From NCBI GenBank assembly GCA_963768655.1, contig CAVYIM010000004.1:256001-320000 (forward strand): 64,000 nt of DNA. The letters run 5' to 3'. The notes below the pieces were generated by a model. The model was given only the letters and a program-made list of their open reading frames with translations. It did no database searches and had not been told where the DNA came from. The DNA is from an uncultured Chloroflexia bacterium. GTDB lineage: Bacteria > Chloroflexota > Limnocylindria > Limnocylindrales > CSP1-4. Both the position numbers and the translations under genes were made by a program. This document shows positions 9,919-19,316 of the stretch, piece after piece (position 1 is the stretch's first letter; every line of letters starts with the position of its first letter).

Positions 9919-9960
9919 CCTAGGTATGTTGGCCCGAGTCGGCTAGACTTCCTAGGTATG
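9919..9960 (+). promoter_or_regulatory. Direct repeat CCTAGGTATG x2 around the putative promoter of the molybdate operon
   Basis: CCTAGGTATG at 9919-9928 and 9951-9960; TAGACT -10-like hexamer at 9944-9949; second copy contains the ATG at 9958. Confidence 0.55.
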
Positions 9961-10392
9961 GAAGATCACACCAGTCGGAGGGCAAGCCTCCGCGTCGGCC
10001 AGGCGGCCGAGATGCTCGGCGTGTCCATCGAGACGCTTCGCCGCTGGGACAGCGAGGGCCGCCTCCGGATGGAGCGCTCGGCCGGCGGCCAGCGCCGCGT
10101 CGCAATAGCCGAGGTATCCCGACTCCTCGACGAGCGGCGGCGATCGACCGCGGACCGCCCGATCGTGGCCCAGTCGGCGCGCAACCGCTTCCCGGGCGTC
10201 GTCACACGGGTCGAGCTGGACGCGGTGGCGGCCGTGGTCGAGGTCATGGCCGGGCCGCACCGGTTGGTGAGCCTGGTGACCGCCGAGGCCGTCAGGGAGC
10301 TCGGTCTCAAGGTCGGCGACGAGGTGGTGTGCATCGTGAAGGCCACGAACGTCATGGTCGAGATCCCATCAACCAGAGAGGCACGCGCATGA
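9958..10392 (+). CDS. MerR/excisionase-type HTH plus TOBE domain protein (molybdate-responsive regulator, ModE-like role)
   Basis: VGQAAEMLGVSIETLRRW HTH followed by SARNRFPG...VKATNVMV TOBE/Mop domain; heads modA-modB. Confidence 0.85.
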   Translation: MEDHTSRRASLRVGQAAEMLGVSIETLRRWDSEGRLRMERSAGGQRRVAIAEVSRLLDERRRSTADRPIVAQSARNRFPGVVTRVELDAVAAVVEVMAGPHRLVSLVTAEAVRELGLKVGDEVVCIVKATNVMVEIPSTREARA

Positions 10393-11246
10393 GAACCCGT
10401 TTCGCCGCATCGATCACCGCCCTCGCCCTCGTGGTAGCGGCATGTTCGAGTGGCGCTACACCGTCACCCAGCGCTCAGCCGACCGCCGCTCCCGCGACCC
10501 CAGCGCCGGCCACGAGCGTTCCCGCGACTGCGGCGCCCGCCAGTCTCACGATCTACGGCGCGTCGTCGCTCGGCGCGGTCCTGGCCCAGGTGAAGACCAC
10601 CTACGAGGCGGCCAACCCGGGCACGACGCTCACGATCTCGACCGACTCGTCGTCCGCGCTCGAGACGCAGATCGAGCAGGGCGCCCCGGCGGACGTGTTC
10701 CTGTCGGCAGACACCACGAACCCGCAGAAACTGGTCGATGCGGGCCTTGCCGCCGGCGGCATCACGAAGTTCGCCGGCAACCTCCTGACCGTCATCGTCC
10801 CGACAGGGAACCCGGCGGGCATCCAGACTCCGGCCGACCTGGCCAAGCTCGGGGTCAAGGTGATCGCCGCCGGTGACACCGTGCCGATCACGAAGTACGC
10901 GAACCAGCTCGTGGCGAACCTGGCCACGCAGCCCGGCTACCCGGCCGACTTCGTTGCGAAGTACAACGCCAACATCGTTTCCAAGCAGGCCAACGTAGCC
11001 GCGGTCGTGTCCCAGATCGCGCTCGGCGAAGGCGACGCCGCGATCGTGTATGTAACCGACGCGAAGACCTCCACGAACGTCGTGCCGATCGCGGTGCCGG
11101 CGGCGGCGAACGTGCTTGCCACCTACTCCGGCGTGGTGATCAAGGCATCCGCGAACGTGAGCGCGGCCCAGGCGTTCCTGGCCTGGCTCGCGGGGCCGAG
11201 CGGGCAGGCCATACTCGCCTCGTTCGGGTTCCTGCCGCCGTCCTGA
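10389..11246 (+). CDS. modA: Molybdate ABC transporter substrate-binding lipoprotein
   Basis: Lipobox VAAC, GASSL, QIEQGAPADVFLSAD, GEGDAAIVYVTD; ATGA overlap with upstream gene. Confidence 0.9.
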   Translation: MRTRFAASITALALVVAACSSGATPSPSAQPTAAPATPAPATSVPATAAPASLTIYGASSLGAVLAQVKTTYEAANPGTTLTISTDSSSALETQIEQGAPADVFLSADTTNPQKLVDAGLAAGGITKFAGNLLTVIVPTGNPAGIQTPADLAKLGVKVIAAGDTVPITKYANQLVANLATQPGYPADFVAKYNANIVSKQANVAAVVSQIALGEGDAAIVYVTDAKTSTNVVPIAVPAAANVLATYSGVVIKASANVSAAQAFLAWLAGPSGQAILASFGFLPPS

Positions 11247-11257
11247 TCGAACCAACC

Positions 11258-12127
11258 ATGGCTCGACCGAGTGGCGGAGTGCCGGTGCATGCGAGCCGGG
11301 CGGCCCGCGTCCAGTCGCGGCGACGTGGCTGGGGCTCTCGGTCGCTCGCCGCCTTCGCCGGCCTGGCGGCGCTGTTCCTGGGCCTGCCGGTCGCCGTGCT
11401 CGTCTGGAGGGCGATCCTCGATGGGTCGCTGGCTCGCGCCCTGACGACGCAGGTCGTCGTCGAGGCGCTGGCCCTGAGCCTCACGACGACGGCGATCAGC
11501 CTGGTCATTACGGTCGCCTTCGGCTTGCCCCTCGCCTACGTCCTGGCCCGGCGACGGTTCCGGCTCTCCGGATTGGTCGAGGCGATCGTCGATCTGCCGC
11601 TGGTCCTGCCACCTTCCGTGGCCGGTCTCGCTCTGCTGCTCGCGCTGGGCCGGCGCGGCTTCCTGGGCGGGCCGCTCGAGGCCGTCGGGATCGAGATCCC
11701 CTTCACGACCTTCGCCGTCATCTTGGCCCAGACGTTCGTCTCGGCGCCGTTCTTCATCCGATCGGCGCGAACCGGGATCGCGAGCGTGGACCGCGACCTG
11801 GAGGACGCCGCGCGGGTCGACGGCGCCTCGGAGATGACGGTCTTCCGGCACATCACCGTCCCCCTGGCCGGCAGCGCTCTCGCCGCCGGCCTCGTCATGA
11901 GCTGGGCGCGCTCACTCGGCGAGTTCGGGGCCACCATCATGTTCGCCGGAAACCTCGAGGGCCGGACGCAGACGCTCCCGCTCGTCGTATACGGCCAGTT
12001 CGAGGGCGGCGACCTGGATGGGTCCATCGCCGCGGCTGCGATCCTGATCCTGGCCGCCTTCGGTGTCCTCGTCGCGGTCCGGTTGCTTCATTGGAGACGC
12101 GCGCTGGACATCCGGAGCCTCGGCTGA
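11258..12127 (+). CDS. modB: Molybdate ABC transporter permease
   Basis: DLPLVLPPSVAG, EDAARVDGA (EAA loop), WARSLGEFGATIMFAGN..G.TQTLP. Confidence 0.92.
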   Translation: MARPSGGVPVHASRAARVQSRRRGWGSRSLAAFAGLAALFLGLPVAVLVWRAILDGSLARALTTQVVVEALALSLTTTAISLVITVAFGLPLAYVLARRRFRLSGLVEAIVDLPLVLPPSVAGLALLLALGRRGFLGGPLEAVGIEIPFTTFAVILAQTFVSAPFFIRSARTGIASVDRDLEDAARVDGASEMTVFRHITVPLAGSALAAGLVMSWARSLGEFGATIMFAGNLEGRTQTLPLVVYGQFEGGDLDGSIAAAAILILAAFGVLVAVRLLHWRRALDIRSLG

Positions 12128-12242
12128 CGGCACGTCGGGCCACGCCCCGTGTAGCTCGGGCACCGGCCCTACACTGGGCATCGAGGTTCCACCGCGAGTC
12201 GGGCCAGAACGTCCGGCGGCGGTTTCTCTGGAGGCACGGCCC

Positions 12243-12455
12243 ATGAAGCTGAGCGCTCGGAACCAGTTCCCGGGCACCGTCAGGACGGTGACCCCGGGGC
12301 AGGTCATGGCCGAGGTCGTCGTCGACGTGGCCGGCGGCCACGAGATCGTGGCGGCGATCACGGCCGAGTCCGCCCGCCGGCTAGGCCTGGCGCCCGGGAA
12401 GCGCGTCGTCGCCGTCGTCAAGTCGACCGAGGTGATGATCGGGGTCGACGACTGA
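12243..12455 (+). CDS. Stand-alone TOBE/Mop molybdate-binding protein (molbindin)
   Basis: MKLSARNQFPG...AITAESARRLGL...VKSTEVMI, 70 aa, GGAGG RBS. Confidence 0.9.
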   Translation: MKLSARNQFPGTVRTVTPGQVMAEVVVDVAGGHEIVAAITAESARRLGLAPGKRVVAVVKSTEVMIGVDD

Positions 12456-12468
12456 CTCGGTCGGACCT

Positions 12469-13086
12469 CTAGCGTACTGACCGAGCCCGATCCTTCGACT
12501 CGCTGCGCCGCAGCCGCGCCCTCGCGCCTGCGGGCATGCCCGTGCCTCCGCGCGCCGCGACCTCGACTTCGGCCGCCTTCTCCGCCTCGAGCTCCTCGAG
12601 CGCAGAGGCCGGTGTCCGGTCGCACGTTCCGTCGCCGAGCGAGAGCACCTCGATGGGGTCGCCGATCCGAACCTCGCCGGCTGCCCGGACGACCGCGAAG
12701 AGGCCCTCTCGGGGCATGACACAGTCGCCGGCCTGGTAGTAGATCGCGCACTTCGTATGGCAGACCTTGCCGATCTGGCTGATCTCGAGGACGGCGGACC
12801 GTCCGATCCTGATCACGCTCCCGATCGGCATGGCCAGCAGGTCGATCCCGGAGGTCGTGATGTTCTCAGCGAAGTCCCCCGGGCCGACATGGAGGCCCTC
12901 CGCCACCATCTTGTCGATCAATTCCTGCCCCAGGAGCGACACCTGGCGGTGCCAGTCTCCGGCGTGGGCATCGCCCTCGAACCCGCGATCGAAGACGAGC
13001 GTGCCTCTGTTCCCCCGAGTCTTGCGGACGGTTCTACGCGCGCTCTGATTGACCGAAACCACGGCTCCCGGACTGGGCAGGGGCAT
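12469..13086 (-). CDS. MOSC domain protein
   Basis: GDAHAGDWHRQVSLL, GDFAENIT, QIGKVCHTKCAIY..AGDCVMPREG. Confidence 0.88.
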   Translation of the reverse strand: MPLPSPGAVVSVNQSARRTVRKTRGNRGTLVFDRGFEGDAHAGDWHRQVSLLGQELIDKMVAEGLHVGPGDFAENITTSGIDLLAMPIGSVIRIGRSAVLEISQIGKVCHTKCAIYYQAGDCVMPREGLFAVVRAAGEVRIGDPIEVLSLGDGTCDRTPASALEELEAEKAAEVEVAARGGTGMPAGARARLRRSESKDRARSVR

Positions 13087-13089
13087 CGC

Positions 13090-13575
13090 CTATGACTCCT
13101 CTCCGCGCAGCCATCGCCCGGACTTTCCGCCCTCTTTGAGCAGAAGCCCGAGGCCGTCGACGGTCATGCCCCGGTCGACCGCCTTGCACATGTCGTACAG
13201 CGTGAGCGCGGCCACTCCGGCGGCGGTCAGCGCCTCCATCTCGACGCCCGTGGCGCCGTTCGTCTCAACCGTGGCCCGGATTCGTACACCGTCGCCGACG
13301 GGCTCGAACTCGACGCTGGCGTGCGTCAGCGCCAGTGGATGGCAGAGCGGGATGAGCTCGCTCGTCCGCTTCGCCGCCATGATGCCGGCCACCCGGGCGA
13401 CGGCGAACACGTCGCCCTTGGGCACCCGGTCCTCGACGATCATCGCCAGCGTCTCGCCGTGCATGTGGACGACCGCGCCCGCGACCGCCCGGCGGTGGGA
13501 GATCTCCTTCCCGGCCACGTCCACCATGCGCGCGGCGCCGTGCTCGTCGACGTGAGTGAGGTGCTCCTCGCCCAT
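13090..13575 (-). CDS. moaC: Cyclic pyranopterin monophosphate synthase
   Basis: [48 protein letters not shown]. Confidence 0.95.
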   Translation of the reverse strand: MGEEHLTHVDEHGAARMVDVAGKEISHRRAVAGAVVHMHGETLAMIVEDRVPKGDVFAVARVAGIMAAKRTSELIPLCHPLALTHASVEFEPVGDGVRIRATVETNGATGVEMEALTAAGVAALTLYDMCKAVDRGMTVDGLGLLLKEGGKSGRWLRGEES

Positions 13576-13579
13576 CGGC

Positions 13580-14602
13580 TCAACCTCCGATCTGCGACAT
13601 CCGGCGGACCGTGCCGGTGCGCAGGTTGTGCGACTCGGGCTTCGCGGCCAGCGCCGCCTGTATGAGCGAGCGCAGGCCGGCCTCGTTGCCGTGACGGAGC
13701 ACCCAGCGCGCGTCGAAGTCGTCGTCCGAGAAGAGACAGGTACGTAGCTTGCCATCGGCGGTCAGCCGGAGCCGATTGCACTGGCTGCAGAAGGGGTTCG
13801 ACAGGGCCGAGATGACCCCGATGGTGCCTCGCGCGCCCGCGAACCGGTAGTAGCGTGCCGGGCCCCAGCCGCCGGGCGCATCGTCCCGCTCGACCGGCTC
13901 CAGCTCGCCGAGACCAGCGCCCGCACCCTCAGCGGCGAGGCCGGCCAGAATCTCGTTGCTCGGGACGTGCTCCGCTTCCGTCCAGTCGGCGAGGCCGTTG
14001 CCGCGCCCACCGCAATCGTCCCCGCCGCCGATGGGCATGTACTCGATGAAACGTACGTGCACGGGGCGATCCATCGTCAGCCTGGCGAAGGACACCAGGT
14101 CCTGCCGAAGGGAGCGCATGACGACTACGTTGATCTTGACTGGGTGCATGCCTGCGGCAAAGGCCGCGTCGATACCGGCCAGTGCGTCCTCGAGCCTGCC
14201 GCCTCTGGTCGCGTTCGCGTAGACGTCCGGGTCGAGTGAGTCGAGCGAGATGTTCACCCGTTCGATGCCGGCCGCGGCCAGATCGCGGGCCAGGCGGGGC
14301 AGAAGCGTGCCATTGGTCGTGATGGCGACCGACTCGATGCCGTTCAGCGCGCGCAGCCGGCGCGCCAGATCCGCGATCCCCTTGCGGAGCAGCGGTTCGC
14401 CTCCAGTCAGGCGGATCTTCGAGAAGCCTTCGGCCGCGACCGCGGCGGCGAACCGCACGATCTCATCGAAAGTGAGGAGCTCCGACCGGTCGCGCCAGGC
14501 CACACCTCCGCTCGGCATGCAGTAGACACAACGCAGGTTGCAGCGATCCGTGACCGAAATCCGGAGGTAGTCGATCCGGCGGCCGAAGGAGTCGACAGCC
14601 AT
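13580..14602 (-). CDS. moaA: GTP 3',8-cyclase (radical SAM)
   Basis: [46 protein letters not shown]...CL, C-terminal MSQIGG. Confidence 0.96.
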   Translation of the reverse strand: MAVDSFGRRIDYLRISVTDRCNLRCVYCMPSGGVAWRDRSELLTFDEIVRFAAAVAAEGFSKIRLTGGEPLLRKGIADLARRLRALNGIESVAITTNGTLLPRLARDLAAAGIERVNISLDSLDPDVYANATRGGRLEDALAGIDAAFAAGMHPVKINVVVMRSLRQDLVSFARLTMDRPVHVRFIEYMPIGGGDDCGGRGNGLADWTEAEHVPSNEILAGLAAEGAGAGLGELEPVERDDAPGGWGPARYYRFAGARGTIGVISALSNPFCSQCNRLRLTADGKLRTCLFSDDDFDARWVLRHGNEAGLRSLIQAALAAKPESHNLRTGTVRRMSQIGG

Positions 14603-14833
14603 CGCGTTGCGCAACCCTTCGCTTGGCACGACCGCCGGACGGGGTCGCAGCTCGGCAGGTTTCAGCGCGAGCGCGGCCGCCCTCAGAACCTGTCGCTGCA
14701 TGAGGCTCCCCGAATTGGGTCCGGTCATCTACCAGTCATCCGAGCGTCACTCTCGCGAGAGGATAACGGACCCGTTTGCCCGCTTGAGGGGCCGTTGGGC
14801 TCCATCGCGCGGGCAGGTTGACCGGTCGACGCC

Positions 14834-14868
14834 CACCCGCAAAGGCGGTCGAAACGGTCGTGCGGGTG
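14834..14868 (-). terminator. Stem-loop downstream of the Tm-1-like gene
   Basis: CACCCGCA (14834-14841) and TGCGGGTG (14861-14868) inverted repeat; no U-tract. Confidence 0.3.
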
Positions 14869-14893
14869 GCGCCGAGCCGGCGTGCACCGCAGC

Positions 14894-16267
14894 TCACGCG
14901 ACCACTCCCTCGACATCCCGGTACATGCCCTTGCGCCAGGTGTGGTCGAGCATGTCGCTCATGCACCTGGTCAGAAGGCCGGCCAGCTCCGGGTCCAGGA
15001 TGTGCATGTCGCAGGCCAGCAGATCCAGGTTCGCCTTCTCGCTGTTCAGGTGCTTCTGGAGCAGGGACAGCATGAGCGTGGCGCGTTGCGACCAGGTCGG
15101 ATGCGAGGGATCGGGCTGCCACATCGGCCCGTCGCCGTTGCCCTCGGCCCAGCCCCGCTGCAGTGTTGCCAGCTCCTCGCTCTGGTCGTAGGCGGACCAG
15201 CCGCGCATCGGGATGATCAGCGCCGTGGGCCCTCGCGTCTCGTTCAGCTTGCGGGCGATGTCCAGGGAGACCTGCTCCACTTCTTCAAGGGTCGCCGGAA
15301 GGACCGTCACGGAGTCGTTGTGCTGATATGGCAACCCGCTGCCCCGGTGCGACCTCCGCCGCCCCGTCTTCAGCTCGTCGAGATACTGTTGGGGCACGGA
15401 GTGGAGCGGACCGAGGGCCGCCTGATCGAGGCCACCCGGCACGACGATCTGCGGGATTCCCATCGCGCTGGCCGCGGTGAGGCGTTCGCCTTCCCACGTC
15501 TTTGGGTTTCCGTACACGCTGCCGAGCAGGTTGTTCATGAGCTCGGCGGGGGTGATGTCGAAGATGGCCGAGATCAGGCCGGAGCGAATCAGATCCTCCA
15601 TCGTGGCGCCGACACCGACGGCGTGGAAGATGCTGGCATCCCAGCCCTTGCTCTCCATGAACACCGCGCACCGCAGAACCGTGGGTGTCGTGGTGCCGTA
15701 GGAGGTGATCGCGACCAGCGGTCTGGAGCCTCGCGGGACCTCGGGCACCAGGGCCATCGCGACGACGGCCGCGGCCGCGTTCGCCACCGCCTTGCGGGTG
15801 ACGACGTTGATGCCCTGTTCGGCGGTGGGATTGACGATGTAGATGTCCTTGTTGCCCAGCCACATGCTGACGTCGCTCGACGCCATGTCGGTGAGCATGA
15901 TCTTCGGGACCCCGAAGGGGAGAGCCCGCATGACCCGGGTCGCGGCCGTCGTGCCAACCGATCCCGCCCACGAGATGATGCCGTCGCACCTGCCCGCCGC
16001 ATGGAGCTCCACGATCTTGACGGCGCCGGCACGACCGACCATGTCGAGCGCACTCGCCCGCGGTGCCGCGAAGACGTCTTCGATGCGAGTGCCCGTGGAG
16101 GCCAGGACCTCCTCCAGGCGGATGTCGGCCCAGTCGACTGCGGCGCCCAGGCTGAGGTCCATGATGACCGGCTCGCCGCCGTGCTCCGCGACCTGCTCCG
16201 CCAGGTACCTGATCTCGGCGCTCTTGGTATTGCACATGCCGGCGCAGACGATCGTCGGCTTGGTCAT
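14894..16267 (-). CDS. Tm-1-like ATP-binding domain protein (UPF0261), divergent copy
   Basis: NTKSAE, MRALPFGVPKIM, ITSYGTTTP, FHAVG, IPQIVVPGGLD, HN..VT, IARKLN..GPT...P.RGWS; paralogous to 39877..41088. Confidence 0.85.
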   Translation of the reverse strand: MTKPTIVCAGMCNTKSAEIRYLAEQVAEHGGEPVIMDLSLGAAVDWADIRLEEVLASTGTRIEDVFAAPRASALDMVGRAGAVKIVELHAAGRCDGIISWAGSVGTTAATRVMRALPFGVPKIMLTDMASSDVSMWLGNKDIYIVNPTAEQGINVVTRKAVANAAAAVVAMALVPEVPRGSRPLVAITSYGTTTPTVLRCAVFMESKGWDASIFHAVGVGATMEDLIRSGLISAIFDITPAELMNNLLGSVYGNPKTWEGERLTAASAMGIPQIVVPGGLDQAALGPLHSVPQQYLDELKTGRRRSHRGSGLPYQHNDSVTVLPATLEEVEQVSLDIARKLNETRGPTALIIPMRGWSAYDQSEELATLQRGWAEGNGDGPMWQPDPSHPTWSQRATLMLSLLQKHLNSEKANLDLLACDMHILDPELAGLLTRCMSDMLDHTWRKGMYRDVEGVVA

Positions 16268-16556
16268 CTTCGGACACCTTCCTCGCATGTCGCGTCCGGG
16301 GCGGCCCTCGGCCGGTCGGACCGATCCGAAGGACACCTCGTGACTGTCCCCTCTAGGATGACGCGCTTCGCCGCCGCCGTCCTGCGGCACGGCCGACGCC
16401 TCTGCCGCCGCCGACCGGCCGCGGGCGTGCCGCCGGTTCGAGACGTAGAATCCTCGGGCCGGGACGGTCGCGATCTCACGCTCACCATCGCCTTGGGGCG
16501 GACAGCCGCCGGACTTGCTGCCGGCAGTGGCGGGCCCAGCTGCAGGAGGCTACGCG

Positions 16557-17729
16557 ATGAAGGAACTCGTCGAGACCATCGCCGCGTGGCGGTCCGACGG
16601 CGCCGACATCGGCCGGGCCGTCGTCGTACGCACGTTCGGCTCGGCGCCACGACCGGAGGGCGCGGTTCTGCTCGCGGCGGCCGACGGTCGGATCGCCGGC
16701 TCCGTGAGCGGCGGCTGCGTCGAGGGGGCCGCCTTCGAGGAGATCCAGCGGGCCCGAGCGACCGGCCGCTCGCGCGTCATCCGGTACGGCATCAGCGACC
16801 AGCAGGCATGGGACGTGGGGCTCGCCTGCGGCGGCGTCATCGACGTACTGGTGGAGCCGTCCGTGCCCGGGGCTGCCGAGGCTGCGGCGCGGGCGGCGGC
16901 GGAACATGATCTGGCCGGCGGCCGGGCCGTGGTCACGCCACTCCCCGGCGACTCACCGGGGCCCGAGGCGGGGCCGCATGTGCCGGGCGAGGGCGAGGCG
17001 CCTGCCCCGGTGCTCGTCGCGTGGGAGGACGGGCGCCTCGACGGCACGCTCGGCGACCCGTCACTCGACGCGGAGCTTGTACGCCTGGCGATGGAGTCGC
17101 TGACCAGCGGCGCCTCCCGAACGGTGGAGCTGGCCGGCAGGTCGCTGTTCATCGAAGCCTTTCCGACCCCGCCGAGGCTCATCGTCGTGGGCGCAGGCCA
17201 GGTCGCAATCCCCCTCGTGGCGATTGCCCGCACCCTTGGCTACGAGACGGTCGTGATCGATGGCCGGCCGGCCTTCGCCACCCGGGAGCGGTTCCCGGAC
17301 GTCGATCGGCTCGTTGTGGGTTGGCCCGATGAAGTGGCGGATTCGATCGGCCTCGGCCCGTCCGACGCCGTGGCGGTGCTGTCTCACGACGCAAAGTTCG
17401 ACGAGCCGGCCCTCCTTGCCGCTCTCGCTCGAGGCTGCCGGTACGTCGGAGCGATCGGCTCACGCAAGAAAGTCGCCGATATGCGGGAGCGCCTGCTGGC
17501 GGCCGGGGCCCGGCGTGAGGACCTGGACCGGCTGCGCAGTCCGGTCGGCCTCGACCTTGGCGGACGCGCGGCGGCCGAGATCGCCCTCTCGATCATGGCC
17601 GAGATCGTGGCGATGCGCTATGGGGGGACGGGCCTGGCGATGCGCGAGAAGACTCGGCCGAAAGCCGACCCAAGATTCCCGGCGGCTCCGTCCCCAACGG
17701 TTCCGCCTGGCCCGGTTGCCGGAGCGTGA
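16557..17729 (+). CDS. xdhC: XdhC/CoxI-family Mo-hydroxylase maturation factor
   Basis: GSAPRPEGA, GSVSGGCVE, GLACGG, VGAGQVA, YVGAIGSR, SPVGLDLGG...EIALSI.AEI; AGGAGG RBS. Confidence 0.92.
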   Translation: MKELVETIAAWRSDGADIGRAVVVRTFGSAPRPEGAVLLAAADGRIAGSVSGGCVEGAAFEEIQRARATGRSRVIRYGISDQQAWDVGLACGGVIDVLVEPSVPGAAEAAARAAAEHDLAGGRAVVTPLPGDSPGPEAGPHVPGEGEAPAPVLVAWEDGRLDGTLGDPSLDAELVRLAMESLTSGASRTVELAGRSLFIEAFPTPPRLIVVGAGQVAIPLVAIARTLGYETVVIDGRPAFATRERFPDVDRLVVGWPDEVADSIGLGPSDAVAVLSHDAKFDEPALLAALARGCRYVGAIGSRKKVADMRERLLAAGARREDLDRLRSPVGLDLGGRAAAEIALSIMAEIVAMRYGGTGLAMREKTRPKADPRFPAAPSPTVPPGPVAGA

Positions 17730-18355
17730 TCGAGGCCGGCCGGACGGCCGCGGTCGTGCTGGCGGCAGGCGCTTCGTCGCAATTCGGCAGCTCGAAGGCG
17801 CTGGCCCCGCTGTGGGGCCGTCCGCTGCTCCAGCACGTCCTCGACGTGGCGGCGGCCATCGGCTTCGGAGATGTCGTCGTCGTCCTCGGCCACGACGCCG
17901 GCGAGATCGAACGGCAGCTGCGCTGGCGGAACGAGCGACGGGTGCGCAACCCGGATCCGGATGCAGGCCTATCCAGCTCTCTCCGGCTCGGGCTCGAAAG
18001 CCTGGGCCCGGTCAGCCAGGCCGCGCTCATCCTGCTCGGCGACCAGCCGCTCGTGCAAGTGGAGGTGGTGGAGCGGCTGCTTGCCGAGTCCGTCTCCGAG
18101 GCTCGGCCGATAGCGATACCTCGATACCGCGACGGAGGCGGCCGGAATCCGCTGTTGATCCATCGCGCGGCCTGGGCGCTGGCACGCGAGGCGCGGGCCG
18201 ACCGGGGCCTCGGGCCCGTTCTGCGCGATCATCCGGACCTGGTCGTCGAAGTCGACGTGGAGGGCTCGAACCCCGACATCGACACGCCGGAGGACCTGGC
18301 GGCCCTGGAGAACTCGCCGGACCGGCAAGGCCACCCCGTCGCCGGCTCGCCGTAG
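17726..18355 (+). CDS. MocA-like molybdenum cofactor cytidylyltransferase
   Basis: VLAAGASSQFGSSK, GLSSSL, LGDQP, DIDTPED; coupled to xdhC by a GTGA overlap. Confidence 0.85.
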   Translation: MIEAGRTAAVVLAAGASSQFGSSKALAPLWGRPLLQHVLDVAAAIGFGDVVVVLGHDAGEIERQLRWRNERRVRNPDPDAGLSSSLRLGLESLGPVSQAALILLGDQPLVQVEVVERLLAESVSEARPIAIPRYRDGGGRNPLLIHRAAWALAREARADRGLGPVLRDHPDLVVEVDVEGSNPDIDTPEDLAALENSPDRQGHPVAGSP

Positions 18356-18395
18356 CCCATCTGGCCACGAGCATTACTCGAGGAGTACCGACACG

Positions 18396-19190
18396 CATAC
18401 CGACCGAAGTCTCCCGCTCGCCTCCATTCCAAACCTGCGTGACGTTGGGGGTCAGACCACCGCCGACGGCCGGCGCGTCCGGACGGGCCTGCTGTACCGT
18501 TCGAGCGCTCTGGACAAGCTCGAAGGCGCGGATGCGGTCGAGTTCGCCCGGCTGGGCGTCCGCACGATCTACGACTTCCGCACCGAGCCGGAGCGGGCGG
18601 CGCGGCCCGACCGGCTGCCCCCGGGCGCGGAGTACGTCGCGGTCGACGTCGTGGGCGACCAGGCAAAGCACGCGCCGAGCCAGCTCATGGAAGCCATGCG
18701 CGATCCAGCCGTCGCCGTCGAGGAGTTCGGCAACGGCAAGGGCACGGCCACGTTCCTCGCTCACTATCGGGAGTTCGTCAGTCTCGAGAGTGCGCGTCTT
18801 GCCCTGGGACGGGTGTTCGGCGATCTCACCGAGGAACAGCACCGACCGGCCCTCATCCACTGCATGGGTGGCAAGGATCGAACGGGCTGGGCGGCGGCCT
18901 CACTGCAGCTCCTGCTGGGTGTGCCCGAGGACCTGGTGACGGCCGACTTCCTGGCCAGCAACGGGAATCTGCGGCCGATGTTCCAGTCCTTCCTCGACGA
19001 CTTCGAGGCCCGCGGTGGCGATCCGGACCTCATCGCCGAGTTCCTCTGGGTCCGCCCCGAGTATCTCGAAGCCGCCCTCGACGAGATGCGGACCTCGTAC
19101 GGGACGATCGAGCGCTACTTCAGCGACGGGCTGCGGCTCGCCGACGGGAAGCTCCGGGCTCTTCGGGCGACGTTCCTCGAAGGCGCTTGA
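18396..19190 (+). CDS. Protein tyrosine/serine phosphatase family protein (HCxxGKDRTG), start codon defective in this sequence
   Basis: In-frame IPNLRDVGG...GLLYRS from 18426, IYDFR, HCMGGKDRTG; GAGGAG at 18380-18385 is followed by AT-ACC-GAC, which looks like ATG missing its G. Confidence 0.8.
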   Translation, partial: HTDRSLPLASIPNLRDVGGQTTADGRRVRTGLLYRSSALDKLEGADAVEFARLGVRTIYDFRTEPERAARPDRLPPGAEYVAVDVVGDQAKHAPSQLMEAMRDPAVAVEEFGNGKGTATFLAHYREFVSLESARLALGRVFGDLTEEQHRPALIHCMGGKDRTGWAAASLQLLLGVPEDLVTADFLASNGNLRPMFQSFLDDFEARGGDPDLIAEFLWVRPEYLEAALDEMRTSYGTIERYFSDGLRLADGKLRALRATFLEGA

Positions 19191-19316
19191 CAGGCGAGCC
19201 TGTCGCCCGGCTGCCGGGAGGACGTCACGCAGCCTGGCCTCCTGGGCGATTGAGCGGCAAGCGCGCGAACGGGCAACCCCGCTCGGGCCGCTCCGAACGG
19301 TCGCGGGCGCCCGGCG

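Noticed and set aside
14603-14893. Canonical Moco riboswitch upstream of moaA
   Set aside because: I could not find the expected conserved elements by eye; an Rfam scan would be needed
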